A DNA stretch of 64,000 nt, taken from positions 1 through 64,000 of IMG/VR virus record IMGVR_UViG_3300022751_000017; one strand, written 5' to 3'. The translations under genes and the position numbers were made by a program. Positions 8,479 through 18,002 of the stretch are shown one piece after another. This DNA comes from a virus. Position 1 is the stretch's first letter, and every line of letters begins with the position of its first letter. The notes below the pieces were generated by a model. The model saw only the letters and a program-made list of their open reading frames with translations, did no database searches and was not told where the DNA came from.

Positions 8479-10124
8479 TGGTTGATGGTTTTTATTTGCT
8501 CAAGCGCTGCGTGAACCATATCTATTCGCTTACCTATAAACTGCATGACGTGGGTTGTCATTGAGTTACCGAGCGCTGCGTATCTCTTACTGTCAGATGC
8601 GCCAGGGATATCAGTATAGTTATCAGGGAATCCCTGCAGGCGCTCACACTCCAATGGTGTAAGCCGGCGAACCAGTGTTTTGTAAATTACAGCAGGGGTT
8701 TTACTTTTGTCTAAAGTTGGGGTCACATTTCCTACCGAATCTCCTTGCTGGTGCGAATTTTGCCATCCAAATGCTAATGGAGACTCCTGAACAATAATTG
8801 GCTCGTGACCGTGTGCTTGCGCCCTCAAGGTTCCAGTTATACCGTTCTCATAAACAGACATAACACTACCGTCTTGATCATCAAGAATTATTGGTTGAGA
8901 TACCAGCAATGGTACGTGCCCATTCTTTACCAACGGGTGACACGGGTCTCCGGGTTGAGGGTTTGACCCATTAGTAGGCGATGTAACCTGAGTAGTGTCG
9001 AATATCACATGACATACTGCATGCCTGTCCACCTTAGTCAATGTAGGTGACTGTTCTACTTTTATACCCATACCATTCCCTCCGTTTTCTGGCTGACGGC
9101 CAATTGCTACAGATTGTATTCCATATGCCGGGGTAGACACAACCAAATCCGTGGCATCCTTATAATCTCGCTTCTTTAGCGCTGAGGCAGTGTCGGAGGC
9201 AGTGTAATCACCGAATCCTCTTTGTCTAAATCCAACCTCTACTTGCAATGGAACAAATAATGGCGCACCGCTATTGATATGCTGATTTTCAAGACCCATT
9301 TTATCACCATAAGCACAATTGAGCGTAGAGGCCAACTCTGCCGGCCTACTCTGCCGGCCTACTCGTTCACTATCTCCTCCAACGCTATTCTTAGAATTTC
9401 CGGGAGTGCCTTTCCTCTTCTTTCCGCCCGGCGTAAAATCCCTTCGCAAGCTGTCTTGCTCAAACAATACCGCAACAGGTGGTCTCCAGTCTTTTCCAAG
9501 ATGTCCGACAACAAAGATTCTTCTGCGTCTCTGTGGCACTCCGAAATATTGGCTATCAAGTATGCGCCATGCAATAGAGTAAAATTCACCTTCGATGGCA
9601 CCGGATTTTTCAAAGTCCTGGGCTGCGATATCCCTTCCTGTGAAGGCGGAAAGAATGCAAGCAAAGTCGCTTGATGATCCTTCTTCTTCTGATTCTTCAT
9701 CGCTTTCGTCTCCGTTTTCATCTGTTCCTGAAGTAATAACCCCCGGAACATTTTCCCAGACGAACCACTTGGGCCGTTTTTCAATAAGAATTCTGACAAA
9801 TTCAAGGGCGAGGTTACCACGCTCATCACCCAGTCCTTTTCTGAGTCCGGCAATACTGAATGACTGGCAGGGAGTTCCTCCAACGAGAAGATCGAATTGT
9901 TCATCATGATATGTTTTTAAGTCTCTTAATTTAAGCATGTCACCCAGATTAAGTACATGCGGATAATGATGCTGCAGCACTTCGCTTGGAAAGTCCAGTC
10001 GTTTGCTATAGTCATTCTCAGGGTCATACTGACTGAACCATACAGGCTTCCAACCGAGCGGATGCCATGCTACGGTCGCAGCCTCTATACCAGAGCAAAC
10101 TGATGCGTATTTTAATTTTGCCAT
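8475..10124 (-). CDS. dcm: DNA (cytosine-5) methyltransferase with expanded variable region
   Basis: motif I SVCSGIEA, IV GGTPCQSFS, VI WENVPG, VIII QRRRRIF, IX RRLTPLECERLQGFP, X YAALGNS; start set at MAKLKY. Confidence 0.92.
   Translation of the reverse strand: MAKLKYASVCSGIEAATVAWHPLGWKPVWFSQYDPENDYSKRLDFPSEVLQHHYPHVLNLGDMLKLRDLKTYHDEQFDLLVGGTPCQSFSIAGLRKGLGDERGNLALEFVRILIEKRPKWFVWENVPGVITSGTDENGDESDEESEEEGSSSDFACILSAFTGRDIAAQDFEKSGAIEGEFYSIAWRILDSQYFGVPQRRRRIFVVGHLGKDWRPPVAVLFEQDSLRRDFTPGGKKRKGTPGNSKNSVGGDSERVGRQSRPAELASTLNCAYGDKMGLENQHINSGAPLFVPLQVEVGFRQRGFGDYTASDTASALKKRDYKDATDLVVSTPAYGIQSVAIGRQPENGGNGMGIKVEQSPTLTKVDRHAVCHVIFDTTQVTSPTNGSNPQPGDPCHPLVKNGHVPLLVSQPIILDDQDGSVMSVYENGITGTLRAQAHGHEPIIVQESPLAFGWQNSHQQGDSVGNVTPTLDKSKTPAVIYKTLVRRLTPLECERLQGFPDNYTDIPGASDSKRYAALGNSMTTHVMQFIGKRIDMVHAALEQIKTINQ
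9359..9907 (-). CDS. nested alternative-frame ORF inside the methyltransferase (M.EcoHK31I beta-like)
   Basis: 182 aa, same strand, different frame; LSDILE...YCLSKTACEGILRRAERRGKALP. Confidence 0.65.
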   Translation of the reverse strand: MMNNSIFSLEELPASHSVLPDSEKDWVMSVVTSPLNLSEFLLKNGPSGSSGKMFRGLLLQEQMKTETKAMKNQKKKDHQATLLAFFPPSQEGISQPRTLKNPVPSKVNFTLLHGAYLIANISECHRDAEESLLSDILEKTGDHLLRYCLSKTACEGILRRAERRGKALPEILRIALEEIVNE

Positions 10125-10140
10125 AATGGTTGTGTGAAAT

Positions 10141-10371
10141 TTATTGTTTGAAAATATCCCCTTGCACCGGCGCACTCACCACCACTGCATTATCTGCCAG
10201 GAAACCTGCAGCACGCTCCGCTACTTCTTCTCTTGTATCTCCCCATATGTGAGCAGATATAACACGAGCGCCATTGTCTACTGATACTTTGCAAGTGAAA
10301 CGGCCCTTGGATGAGCGAATTGGCGTGCTGCTATGTGATAGCATATTGTTTCCTTCTTGTTGGACACTCAT
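10141..10371 (-). CDS. small hypothetical protein
   Basis: 76-aa ORF in operon. Confidence 0.5.
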   Translation of the reverse strand: MSVQQEGNNMLSHSSTPIRSSKGRFTCKVSVDNGARVISAHIWGDTREEVAERAAGFLADNAVVVSAPVQGDIFKQ

Positions 10372-10518
10372 CTCTCCATCCCTTGTTTATGATATTCAAA
10401 ATGTCTCTGATCGCAGACCTCCTTGTAGGTGTAACAATACCTTTGGCGCTCTACATATCCATTTGTGGATTGGAGCTTAATAAACTTATTTCTCCTGTTT
10501 TGGTTGCGCATAGTCATT

Positions 10519-10836
10519 TTATTTTTTAGTAAAAACAGGTACCGGCATCCAGTACTCACCGGCGAACTCTATACCTGGCATTGCAAATCCGTGATAGTCA
10601 CCCCTGCATCCCTGGTATGAACCGGCTAACACTCTGCTGTTGTATTGTTTGTCGTGACTTACCACAACAAACAGGCATTGCTGATATTGCTCTGGCTCCC
10701 GATCTTTCACACTCACCCATTCATTAGCTGCTGCATAGCCTGCTAGATAAGCACGTGATAAGTCTACCGGTCCTAAAACAGGGTGTTTTATTGTTGCATC
10801 TGAAGCATACTCATAAGATTTATTTTCTGGTGTCAT
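10519..10836 (-). CDS. DUF551-like protein
   Basis: WVSVKDREP ... EYWMPVP. Confidence 0.75.
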   Translation of the reverse strand: MTPENKSYEYASDATIKHPVLGPVDLSRAYLAGYAAANEWVSVKDREPEQYQQCLFVVVSHDKQYNSRVLAGSYQGCRGDYHGFAMPGIEFAGEYWMPVPVFTKK

Positions 10837-11423
10837 GGCTGCGCTACTTTAGCTTCGTTACGAATAGTTGTCCTGTATACCCCTGCGCTCCAGCTTATAG
10901 GCGCCTGATTCTCAATTATGGCGTTGAGTGCATCCAAGGCAGCCTGAACTTCTTTTGGCAATTCACCATCGCCATCCGTAGGCATGTCATCTGCCCAGTA
11001 TCCGCTGTCTATTTTGGACATTTTATTTGGCTCACACACAACCAAAGACAAATCTTCTGGCTGCATATCATTATCTACGCAGTATTCACGAACCTCATCT
11101 TCGTCCATGAAGAACCTGTCATCATCGTGCAGTGTAAGCATTGAGGATCCATCGTATTCCATAAATGGCTTAGCCAGATATTGCGCATGTCGTTTCTTCT
11201 CGTGGCATGGGTGGCAATAGCGATTTATTTTGTTAATATTCCCGCACGATTCGCATTTGCGATGTGTAGCCCCATCCGTCCTAGCCTGATGTTCTATGGT
11301 GTAAAACCGCATGTTGGCAGATACCCATCCTTTACCATAAGGAGTGCCATCTAATAGCTTCAGGCTTACAATTTGAGCAGCTTCCGGGCTGTCATACAAG
11401 ATTACTTTTTCTTCTGGTTTCAT
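10833..11423 (-). CDS. conserved phage hypothetical protein (Zn finger)
   Basis: ILYDSPEAA...GWVS...GATHRKCESCG...CHPC. Confidence 0.75.
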   Translation of the reverse strand: MKPEEKVILYDSPEAAQIVSLKLLDGTPYGKGWVSANMRFYTIEHQARTDGATHRKCESCGNINKINRYCHPCHEKKRHAQYLAKPFMEYDGSSMLTLHDDDRFFMDEDEVREYCVDNDMQPEDLSLVVCEPNKMSKIDSGYWADDMPTDGDGELPKEVQAALDALNAIIENQAPISWSAGVYRTTIRNEAKVAQP

Positions 11424-11426
11424 GAT

Positions 11427-11702
11427 TTACTTCTTTAAATAAATTACAAAATAGCTCCCGTTAACTCCTTTCTCACACAGGTAAAATGCCGGTAGTACAA
11501 GTGACTCGTAAATCTTGCGGATCTCCCGGTACATTGCCTCAAAACCCAGCACGCGTTCCCTCCTGGGGTACACACATACTACTGAGTAGTACTGATCACA
11601 GTCATATACCTGCTCGTATACTTTGTTTGGTATTATTCCCTTAAGGAAGGTCTTATCTGTTTTTTCTCCTGAAATAAGAGAATAGAAGAAGTTGTGGGAC
11701 AT
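11427..11702 (-). CDS. hypothetical protein
   Basis: 91-aa ORF in operon. Confidence 0.55.
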   Translation of the reverse strand: MSHNFFYSLISGEKTDKTFLKGIIPNKVYEQVYDCDQYYSVVCVYPRRERVLGFEAMYREIRKIYESLVLPAFYLCEKGVNGSYFVIYLKK

Positions 11703-11721
11703 TGATTGTGGTTTATGATGG

Positions 11722-11961
11722 TTACTTAAGTGTAGTCAGACATTCAAGTCCTCGCTGCATATCCTCATACGTCTGATAACTATCCAATTTTGAATTCTTA
11801 GCTCCAAACCCACAAACTTTTAAAGTATCATTCAAAGGCTTAATAACCCTTGACCACACCTCATGCCAATGCGTATACAGTCCCGATGTATTATGCTTAA
11901 CTACAGCGTCCATCAGCTTCTGAAAATCGATATCCATCAATAAAATGTCTTGATTTGTCAT
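11722..11961 (-). CDS. hypothetical protein
   Basis: 79-aa ORF in operon. Confidence 0.55.
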   Translation of the reverse strand: MTNQDILLMDIDFQKLMDAVVKHNTSGLYTHWHEVWSRVIKPLNDTLKVCGFGAKNSKLDSYQTYEDMQRGLECLTTLK

Positions 11962-11994
11962 TTCTTACTTGTTTTATATATTAAATATTAATGA

Positions 11995-13461
11995 TTAAAA
12001 TGGAGCATCTTCGTCCACAAATGATGATGAAGATGAGTTTCTTATTCCCGACCTTGGGTTATCATTTTTGCGCATATCGGCAAAATCATCTATCAATTCT
12101 TTATTCTGCCACTGCTGGATGCCGCCTACAAAAAGAACCTCTAGTTTTCCTAGTGTACCGTTTCTATTTTTAGCTATGGTTATGTAGTTTTTATATTCTC
12201 CGAATTCATCCAGGTCGTGCCATGGGAAAACTACAATATCTGCATCCTGCTCAATAGCGCCACTCTCCCTTAAGTCGGATAACTGGGGCTCTGGCGGCTT
12301 CCTTGTTTCGGCATTTCTATTAAGCTGAGAAAGAAGTATTATTGGCAAATCCAACTCCTTAGCAAGCATCTTCAATCCTCTGGTTATGCCAGCTATTTCC
12401 TGCTCCCTATTACCGTTTTTATTTCCCTTTTCACCCTTTATCAACTGCAGGTAATCTATAACCAATAATTGAATTTTATACTTCTTTTTCCACTGCCTGG
12501 CCTTTGCACAAATCTGCATGAATGAAAATGTTTTATCATCCATCCTGATAGGTAATTTGGAGAAATAATCGGTGTAGTAATTGAGCTTATTGAACTGCTC
12601 TTCTGTCACCTTCCCATTGCGGACAAATTCGAACGGAATCTTGGTTACTGTGGATACCATACGCTGCAAAAGTTGCTTGCTTCCCATCTCCAAACTGAAT
12701 ATCCCAACATTTTTCTTTTCTACTATCTCACTTATCGCCGCATTTAGAGCCAAATTAAGCCCCAAAGCGGTCTTCCCCTTACTAGGACGCCCACCTATGA
12801 TAATTAGGTCCGTATTCTGCCAGCCATTGGTCATTGCATTCAATTCTATGAAGCCAGTGTCTACCCCAGTGAGTACAAAATGGTTATTTCTCTGAAAATC
12901 GATGTCTTTTACCACTTCCCGGAAGATGCTACCCACCGCATAGTCGGTTCCGCCAGACACTAAATCAGTAACTTTCGTGTATTCGGTATGCAAGGTGTCG
13001 ATAAGTTCAAAAACATCGGTACTATCCTCGTAAGCAGCATTAACAACTTCACCGCAAATTCTGATAATTTCGCGCTGCATGTGTTTCTCCAGAACTATGC
13101 GACTATGTGTGACAATATGGGCACTGCTCAGGACTGCCATGGTTATCCTAGTCAAGGCGTAGGCGCCCCCGATAATTTCCAGTGTGCCATCCTTACGCAA
13201 CTGCTCAGTAATCGTCAGTAAGTCCACCGCATGCCCTAACGAATATAAATTCTTCATGCAATCGTAAATTGTCTGGTGAGCCGGCGCATAGAAGCACTCC
13301 CCTTTAGGCAATATGCCGATTACCTCTTCAAACGAATTTCGCTCCAACATGCAAGCGCCTAAAACGGCAGCTTCTAGATCTGTAGCTTGTGGAGGAACCT
13401 TGCCGTAAATCAATGAGTTTATTTTAGGTTTAACCTTTGATTTGTCAAATGAGTTTTCCAT
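11995..13461 (-). CDS. dnaB: replicative DNA helicase
   Basis: PPQATDLEAAVLG, Walker A GGRPSKGKT, FSLEM, VIDYLQL, LSQLNR, DLRESGAIEQDAD, IAKNRNG. Confidence 0.97.
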   Translation of the reverse strand: MENSFDKSKVKPKINSLIYGKVPPQATDLEAAVLGACMLERNSFEEVIGILPKGECFYAPAHQTIYDCMKNLYSLGHAVDLLTITEQLRKDGTLEIIGGAYALTRITMAVLSSAHIVTHSRIVLEKHMQREIIRICGEVVNAAYEDSTDVFELIDTLHTEYTKVTDLVSGGTDYAVGSIFREVVKDIDFQRNNHFVLTGVDTGFIELNAMTNGWQNTDLIIIGGRPSKGKTALGLNLALNAAISEIVEKKNVGIFSLEMGSKQLLQRMVSTVTKIPFEFVRNGKVTEEQFNKLNYYTDYFSKLPIRMDDKTFSFMQICAKARQWKKKYKIQLLVIDYLQLIKGEKGNKNGNREQEIAGITRGLKMLAKELDLPIILLSQLNRNAETRKPPEPQLSDLRESGAIEQDADIVVFPWHDLDEFGEYKNYITIAKNRNGTLGKLEVLFVGGIQQWQNKELIDDFADMRKNDNPRSGIRNSSSSSFVDEDAPF

Positions 13462-13463
13462 TA

Positions 13464-14603
13464 TTAATTTTTTGATTTTAAGTTTCTATGATGCCATGTT
13501 GACAACCTCATTGCCACATCCCACGATTTTTCTAGTTCCCATCTCAGGTAAATTCCATTCTGTGCAGGTTCCGCCCAGTATCTGAAAAATTCATTTAGCA
13601 TCTCTGCACCGTATTTTTTAAGATGTGGCTGCAATGACTCGGTAAAGGCTTCTTTCTTTTGCTTGATAGTCTTAAATTTTTCTTTTGCATCTTGAGGAGA
13701 CTTATTCAGATTTTTTTGAGTAAGCCAATTATGAAAATGCTGTACCCAAGAGTCAGCGCCACGCATGCACCTATTCGGATATTGACCAGCTTTTGCATCA
13801 TTGAACATTTCGGCCCATGTATTCAAGTACCCCCATATCTGCTCATCACTGAATTCCACATACTGACGCTTGAATAATTCAAAGCCTCTCATTCGGTCAT
13901 CATAAAAATCATCATCATGCAAATAGTAATATATACAATCCTTGACATTTGTTTCAAGGTGCCAGTTGCCGGCATAAAAATCTACCTCTTCCTTTTCTTC
14001 TTCTCCCCCCAACTTTTCGCCCCCCTGCACCCCCTTAGTATTACCTATACCCCCCTCATTATCTATACCTTCTTTATAGTTATAGTTATAGTTAGGCTTT
14101 TGCTGGTTATTTTGCCGCAGCAAAATCTCGGCTAATTCTTCTGCATCTTTCTTCTTTTTATTAGTTGCTTCAGCACCTTTTCTCCCATTTTCGCTTCTTG
14201 AATTACTGACTTTGTTATCATTAATCATCCTTTTTTGGCACAAAAACAGACCTTCTATATACAAAACGTCCTGTTGCAGCAATTCGATTATTGACCGCTC
14301 AATCTCTTTAATAGTGAACGGCAAATGCTTAGCTAAACGTTCGGTAATGCACCGGCTAATTTCCGCTATATACTGATATATTTGCTGATTGCTTTGCTGA
14401 GTATTTTGCCGCGGCAAAATGTCGGCAAATTGAGATAGGCATTCAGACTGCATTAGATATTTCCCTTTCTCTTTGCAGTCAAAAAGCATGCACATGAGGT
14501 GTATGTACACCCCATTAGCTTCTGCACTGCAATCATTTAGTTTACGATCATTTTTGAAGTCTTTGGTGAAAAACTTCATATAGAAATGCTTTTTGGCAGC
14601 CAT
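13464..14603 (-). CDS. phage replication initiator protein
   Basis: N-terminal YMKFFTKDF...AEANGVYIHLMC...RSENGRKGAE domain, low-complexity linker, C-terminal FFRYWAE...RWELEKSWD; directly upstream of dnaB. Confidence 0.7.
   Translation of the reverse strand: MAAKKHFYMKFFTKDFKNDRKLNDCSAEANGVYIHLMCMLFDCKEKGKYLMQSECLSQFADILPRQNTQQSNQQIYQYIAEISRCITERLAKHLPFTIKEIERSIIELLQQDVLYIEGLFLCQKRMINDNKVSNSRSENGRKGAEATNKKKKDAEELAEILLRQNNQQKPNYNYNYKEGIDNEGGIGNTKGVQGGEKLGGEEEKEEVDFYAGNWHLETNVKDCIYYYLHDDDFYDDRMRGFELFKRQYVEFSDEQIWGYLNTWAEMFNDAKAGQYPNRCMRGADSWVQHFHNWLTQKNLNKSPQDAKEKFKTIKQKKEAFTESLQPHLKKYGAEMLNEFFRYWAEPAQNGIYLRWELEKSWDVAMRLSTWHHRNLKSKN
14108..14431. repeat. two 30-bp direct repeats with palindromic core TTTTGCCGC(G/A)GCAAAA (candidate origin iterons)
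   Basis: 14108-14137 and 14402-14431 differ at 3 positions; both lie inside the initiator gene. Confidence 0.55.
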
Positions 14604-14610
14604 AGGTTAT

Positions 14611-14756
14611 AAAAGCAAAGTGCCCCTTTCCCGCAAGCAGGCTACCCAAATAAATAACCAAAGGATGGAGATAAATCGGCAACTTGCGGGAAAGAGGCGT
14701 ATAATTAAATGTAAAGTCAATTTCATTTTATTTATTTAAGTAGCAATTCAAAGGTA
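14611..14756 (-). promoter_or_regulatory. promoter plus attenuator-like leader of the replication operon
   Basis: TACCTTTG at 14749-14756; stem CTTTCCCGCAAG/CTTGCGGGAAAG with U-rich tail; alternative pairing of 14728-14744 with 14641-14657. Confidence 0.6.
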
Positions 14757-14916
14757 ATAAACTACTTGTAAATTCCAAATTGTGTAATAAAATAAATTAA
14801 GTATGCCCTTATTTTGCTGAATTATATTAAATAAATTGAATACAACAGGCAATATAGTAATACAGCAAAACAGATAGTTCAAAGTGTAATATTAAAATAA
14901 TTTATTTAAAAATCAC

Positions 14917-15435
14917 TTATGGAATACGAACGTCGAAATCATTCATAAGTTCAATCTCTCGTTCTGTGAATGAATTCGGGAGAGAGGAGTTCCTTGGTAG
15001 CGAAATCCCCTGGCGAATAGCCTCTTCACTGTCATCTGTTGCTATTCGATGGCAAGAACTGCAGATAGGCATAAAGTAGGCGCTCATGATCAGAAAGTAA
15101 TTTGCCCGGCCACCCATATGGTGATTTTGATCTGCTTTAATCCGGCAACCCGGGAGCATAGCCTTGCATACCTGATTACCCGGGAGAGCCATGAATTCAG
15201 CATGTACGATCTTGTATATCTCATCCAGTACTTCTCCTAGTGCGGAGCGCTTTCTAATGCTGAGCCGTTTTGTGTTGGTCTTCGGCGGTGCTACCGATAA
15301 ACTTTTTAATTCGCTGGCCATGTAAGGTACGTTGTCTATATAGTACCGGCCATTTTCTATGCGCTCTATTTTGCCCTTCTGGTCGGTATCTTTTATAATT
15401 ACTGTAGAACCTGTCTTCATTGATTGAACTCCCAT
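14917..15435 (-). CDS. HNH-like/Zn-binding nuclease-domain protein
   Basis: CKAMLPGC...QNHHMGGR...PICSSCH. Confidence 0.55.
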   Translation of the reverse strand: MGVQSMKTGSTVIIKDTDQKGKIERIENGRYYIDNVPYMASELKSLSVAPPKTNTKRLSIRKRSALGEVLDEIYKIVHAEFMALPGNQVCKAMLPGCRIKADQNHHMGGRANYFLIMSAYFMPICSSCHRIATDDSEEAIRQGISLPRNSSLPNSFTEREIELMNDFDVRIP

Positions 15436-15454
15436 GTGTTGTGATTGTGTGGAG

Positions 15455-15549
15455 CAAAGATAGCAGCAAATATCAACACTAACAACATTCCCAAAAAAAT
15501 AAAAAAAAATAGGAAATATTTGGTTAATTGAAAAAGATGTTTACCTTTG
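15455..15549. promoter_or_regulatory. divergent early promoters
   Basis: TATCTTTG on minus (15455-15462) and TACCTTTG on plus (15542-15549) at the strand switch. Confidence 0.65.
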
Positions 15550-15557
15550 TGATAATT

Positions 15558-15845
15558 ATGGAAAATGCAACTATAGAGAACACCGATCTGAAAGAAATGT
15601 CGGTCAAGATAAAAGCGCTATATCCAAATTGGATAAGCAAAGTGGCCGAGTATATTTCCAGGGATAAAGACTGGAAAGAATATTCAAACAACCAATGTAC
15701 TGAGGATAATGCCCGACATATATCAAACGGGACTATCAAATCTCAGTTGCATCGCCGGCTGTTTATGAAGGCTGCGGCGAAAATGCTTCTGGATGTAAAG
15801 AAGGATATGCAGGGAATAGAGTCACTTGTAAATCAAACAGCATAA
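15558..15845 (+). CDS. hypothetical helical protein, possible regulator
   Basis: first rightward gene; start moved to MENAT, downstream of the promoter box. Confidence 0.55.
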   Translation: MENATIENTDLKEMSVKIKALYPNWISKVAEYISRDKDWKEYSNNQCTEDNARHISNGTIKSQLHRRLFMKAAAKMLLDVKKDMQGIESLVNQTA

Positions 15846-16378
15846 TGGGATTTGCGGAATATCCGGGAATAGAAGAGGTTTATGTGCTACACCATACAGA
15901 GGGATTTGGTGTGATGGAAAGTCAGATGGTCACTCTTGAAATAGTTGGACAATCTAATTCAGAAGATGAGCTAGTGGATTTGGGACATAAATTATACCCT
16001 CGTAGTGGCACAGGATGGGATTATGATGGGTGGGTTATACACATAAATATCTGCAGTGAAAAAGGCCGCGAACTATATGATGTATATAAGATAAAATCAG
16101 CGACAAGACGGAAAGAATGGGAGAATGACATGAGGATGTATCCAGATAAATACACCTCAACTAAATTCGGCGGCTATACAATAACAATGAAAAAATTTCC
16201 AGAACTGGAAGATGCTGCCGAAACTAGTAGTTTCACAAAAATGATGTTTCTGCTACCATCCGGTGGTGGGTTGCTATCGGATAAACACATGGTAGTAATT
16301 GGTGAGGGAGAAATAAAAGATCCAGACAATAAATTGCCGGAATTCTTTGATATGATGATGGGGGAAAAGAAAGATTAA
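15845..16378 (+). CDS. hypothetical protein
   Basis: 177-aa ORF with TAATG overlap. Confidence 0.65.
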   Translation: MGFAEYPGIEEVYVLHHTEGFGVMESQMVTLEIVGQSNSEDELVDLGHKLYPRSGTGWDYDGWVIHINICSEKGRELYDVYKIKSATRRKEWENDMRMYPDKYTSTKFGGYTITMKKFPELEDAAETSSFTKMMFLLPSGGGLLSDKHMVVIGEGEIKDPDNKLPEFFDMMMGEKKD

Positions 16379-16399
16379 TTTACTACATAAATAATTAAA

Positions 16400-16643
16400 A
16401 TGGCAGCAAAAGACTATGAATTAGCGGTTACAGGTTTAACCAATACTGTTTGGATATTAAGCCGAGTAAGAAAAAAGGATTAATGACGGATGATAGAGTT
16501 AAAGTAGAAAAAAGCCATTTTTTAGGCGTTGTTCTGGAGTGGGTGAATGGTGAACTTGAAGATGATAAGAAACTCTAAGCATTACAGTAGATGGGGAGGT
16601 AGTTGCCGAAATAAAAATATTCAAGGATAAATTATTTAAATAA
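16400..16643 (+). pseudogene. small gene broken by two 1-nt deletions (or assembly errors)
   Basis: MAAKDYELAVTGLTNTVWI / KPSKKKGLMTDDRVKVE...ELEDDK / ETLSITVDGEVVAEIKIFKDKLFK* in three successive frames. Confidence 0.6.
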
Positions 16644-16649
16644 TCACAC

Positions 16650-16937
16650 ATGTCTGACCAACTAAACAAACTGGAAGAAGCCCAGAGAATAAATTACAAA
16701 ATCAAGGGCGTAGAAAAATACAGAGACCTCATAAATAAGGTTCTGATCAATCACGTAGAAGCTGGTACGCCACTGCCGCCAATATGGACCAGGCCTAATG
16801 CTATTCATTCAGGGTCTATGGATCTTAATCCATTGTATCTACCAATGCAGCTGGAAGAATTCTGGCATGGATATGTATCCAACATAGAACTGCATATAGA
16901 AAGCCTTAAAGGTGAACTGGAAGAGGTAATGAAGTAA
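16650..16937 (+). CDS. hypothetical protein
   Basis: 95-aa ORF. Confidence 0.6.
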   Translation: MSDQLNKLEEAQRINYKIKGVEKYRDLINKVLINHVEAGTPLPPIWTRPNAIHSGSMDLNPLYLPMQLEEFWHGYVSNIELHIESLKGELEEVMK

Positions 16938-16975
16938 ACAAAAATGTTCTATTTGGGACAACTAAAAAAATAAAC

Positions 16976-17611
16976 ATGAAATTTCTCTCCATAGATTTAG
17001 AAACAACCGGCCTGGATAGTGCTCGTGACCAGATACTTGAATTTGGTGCTGTATTTGTTGATACGACCAAAATCCCAAATGATTGGCCACAGCTTACTAT
17101 GATAATTAATCACCGGATAATATCAGGGGGTGCTGTAGCGCTCCATATGAATAGTCGTATTATCGAGCAACTTGCTGGGTATGCCAAGCGTAAAGATGTT
17201 GATCAGCACATGGTAAGCCCGGACCAGCTATTATACAAAATAACCTCATTCCTTTCTGAGAGTATGTCAGAAGATGAAATTCAGGATGTTGTGATAAATA
17301 TCACTGTAGCAGGTAAAAATCCATCTGGTTTTGATATCCCGTTTCTTAAAAATCACTTTAATAAGCATAATTTTAGCGGTACGGAACTATATACATCGGT
17401 AAATGATAACCCGGAAAGTCAGAATGTGCTCAACTTCAGAAGAAGGGTAATTGACCCGGCTGTGCTTTATGTAGACTGGGATAAAGATGAAATACTTCCT
17501 GACCTGGAAGAATGTAAAAGGCGCGCCGGCATGACTGAGCATGTTGCTCATACTGCACTGGAAGACGCCATGGATGTGGCTATGCTTATTTATAAGAAAA
17601 TACACGGGTAA
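16976..17611 (+). CDS. DEDDh 3'-5' exonuclease (oligoribonuclease/DnaQ-like)
   Basis: IDLETTG, AGKNPSGFDIPFL, HTALEDA. Confidence 0.88.
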   Translation: MKFLSIDLETTGLDSARDQILEFGAVFVDTTKIPNDWPQLTMIINHRIISGGAVALHMNSRIIEQLAGYAKRKDVDQHMVSPDQLLYKITSFLSESMSEDEIQDVVINITVAGKNPSGFDIPFLKNHFNKHNFSGTELYTSVNDNPESQNVLNFRRRVIDPAVLYVDWDKDEILPDLEECKRRAGMTEHVAHTALEDAMDVAMLIYKKIHG

Positions 17612-17674
17612 TGTAATTTATAGTAGCGCCTTTTCTTATGTACTGATTATTAGCATAAATAAAAAAATCAAACA

Positions 17675-17998
17675 ATGAGCACAATAACCATAAACAATAA
17701 GGGATATGTAGGTAATAGTATAACCATCATAAACGGAGTAGTATCCATAGATGGCAAAGTACAGGATGCCGGTAATGAAAAGCAGATTAATATAACAGTT
17801 ACCGGAGACATCACTAACCTGTCAGTTGATGCATGCATATCATGCCAAATTACTGGTAATGCAGGCTCAGTAAAAACTGTATCGGGCGATGTAACTTGTG
17901 GTGATGTGTCTGGTAGTGTAAGTACTGTCTCCGGAGATGTAGTAGCTTATATTATACATGGGTCGGCATCTACCGTATCTGGTGATATTATGAAATAA
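17675..17998 (+). CDS. small beta-solenoid repeat protein
   Basis: three S(V/A)xTVSGD repeats. Confidence 0.7.
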   Translation: MSTITINNKGYVGNSITIINGVVSIDGKVQDAGNEKQINITVTGDITNLSVDACISCQITGNAGSVKTVSGDVTCGDVSGSVSTVSGDVVAYIIHGSASTVSGDIMK

Positions 17999-18002
17999 CT
18001 TA

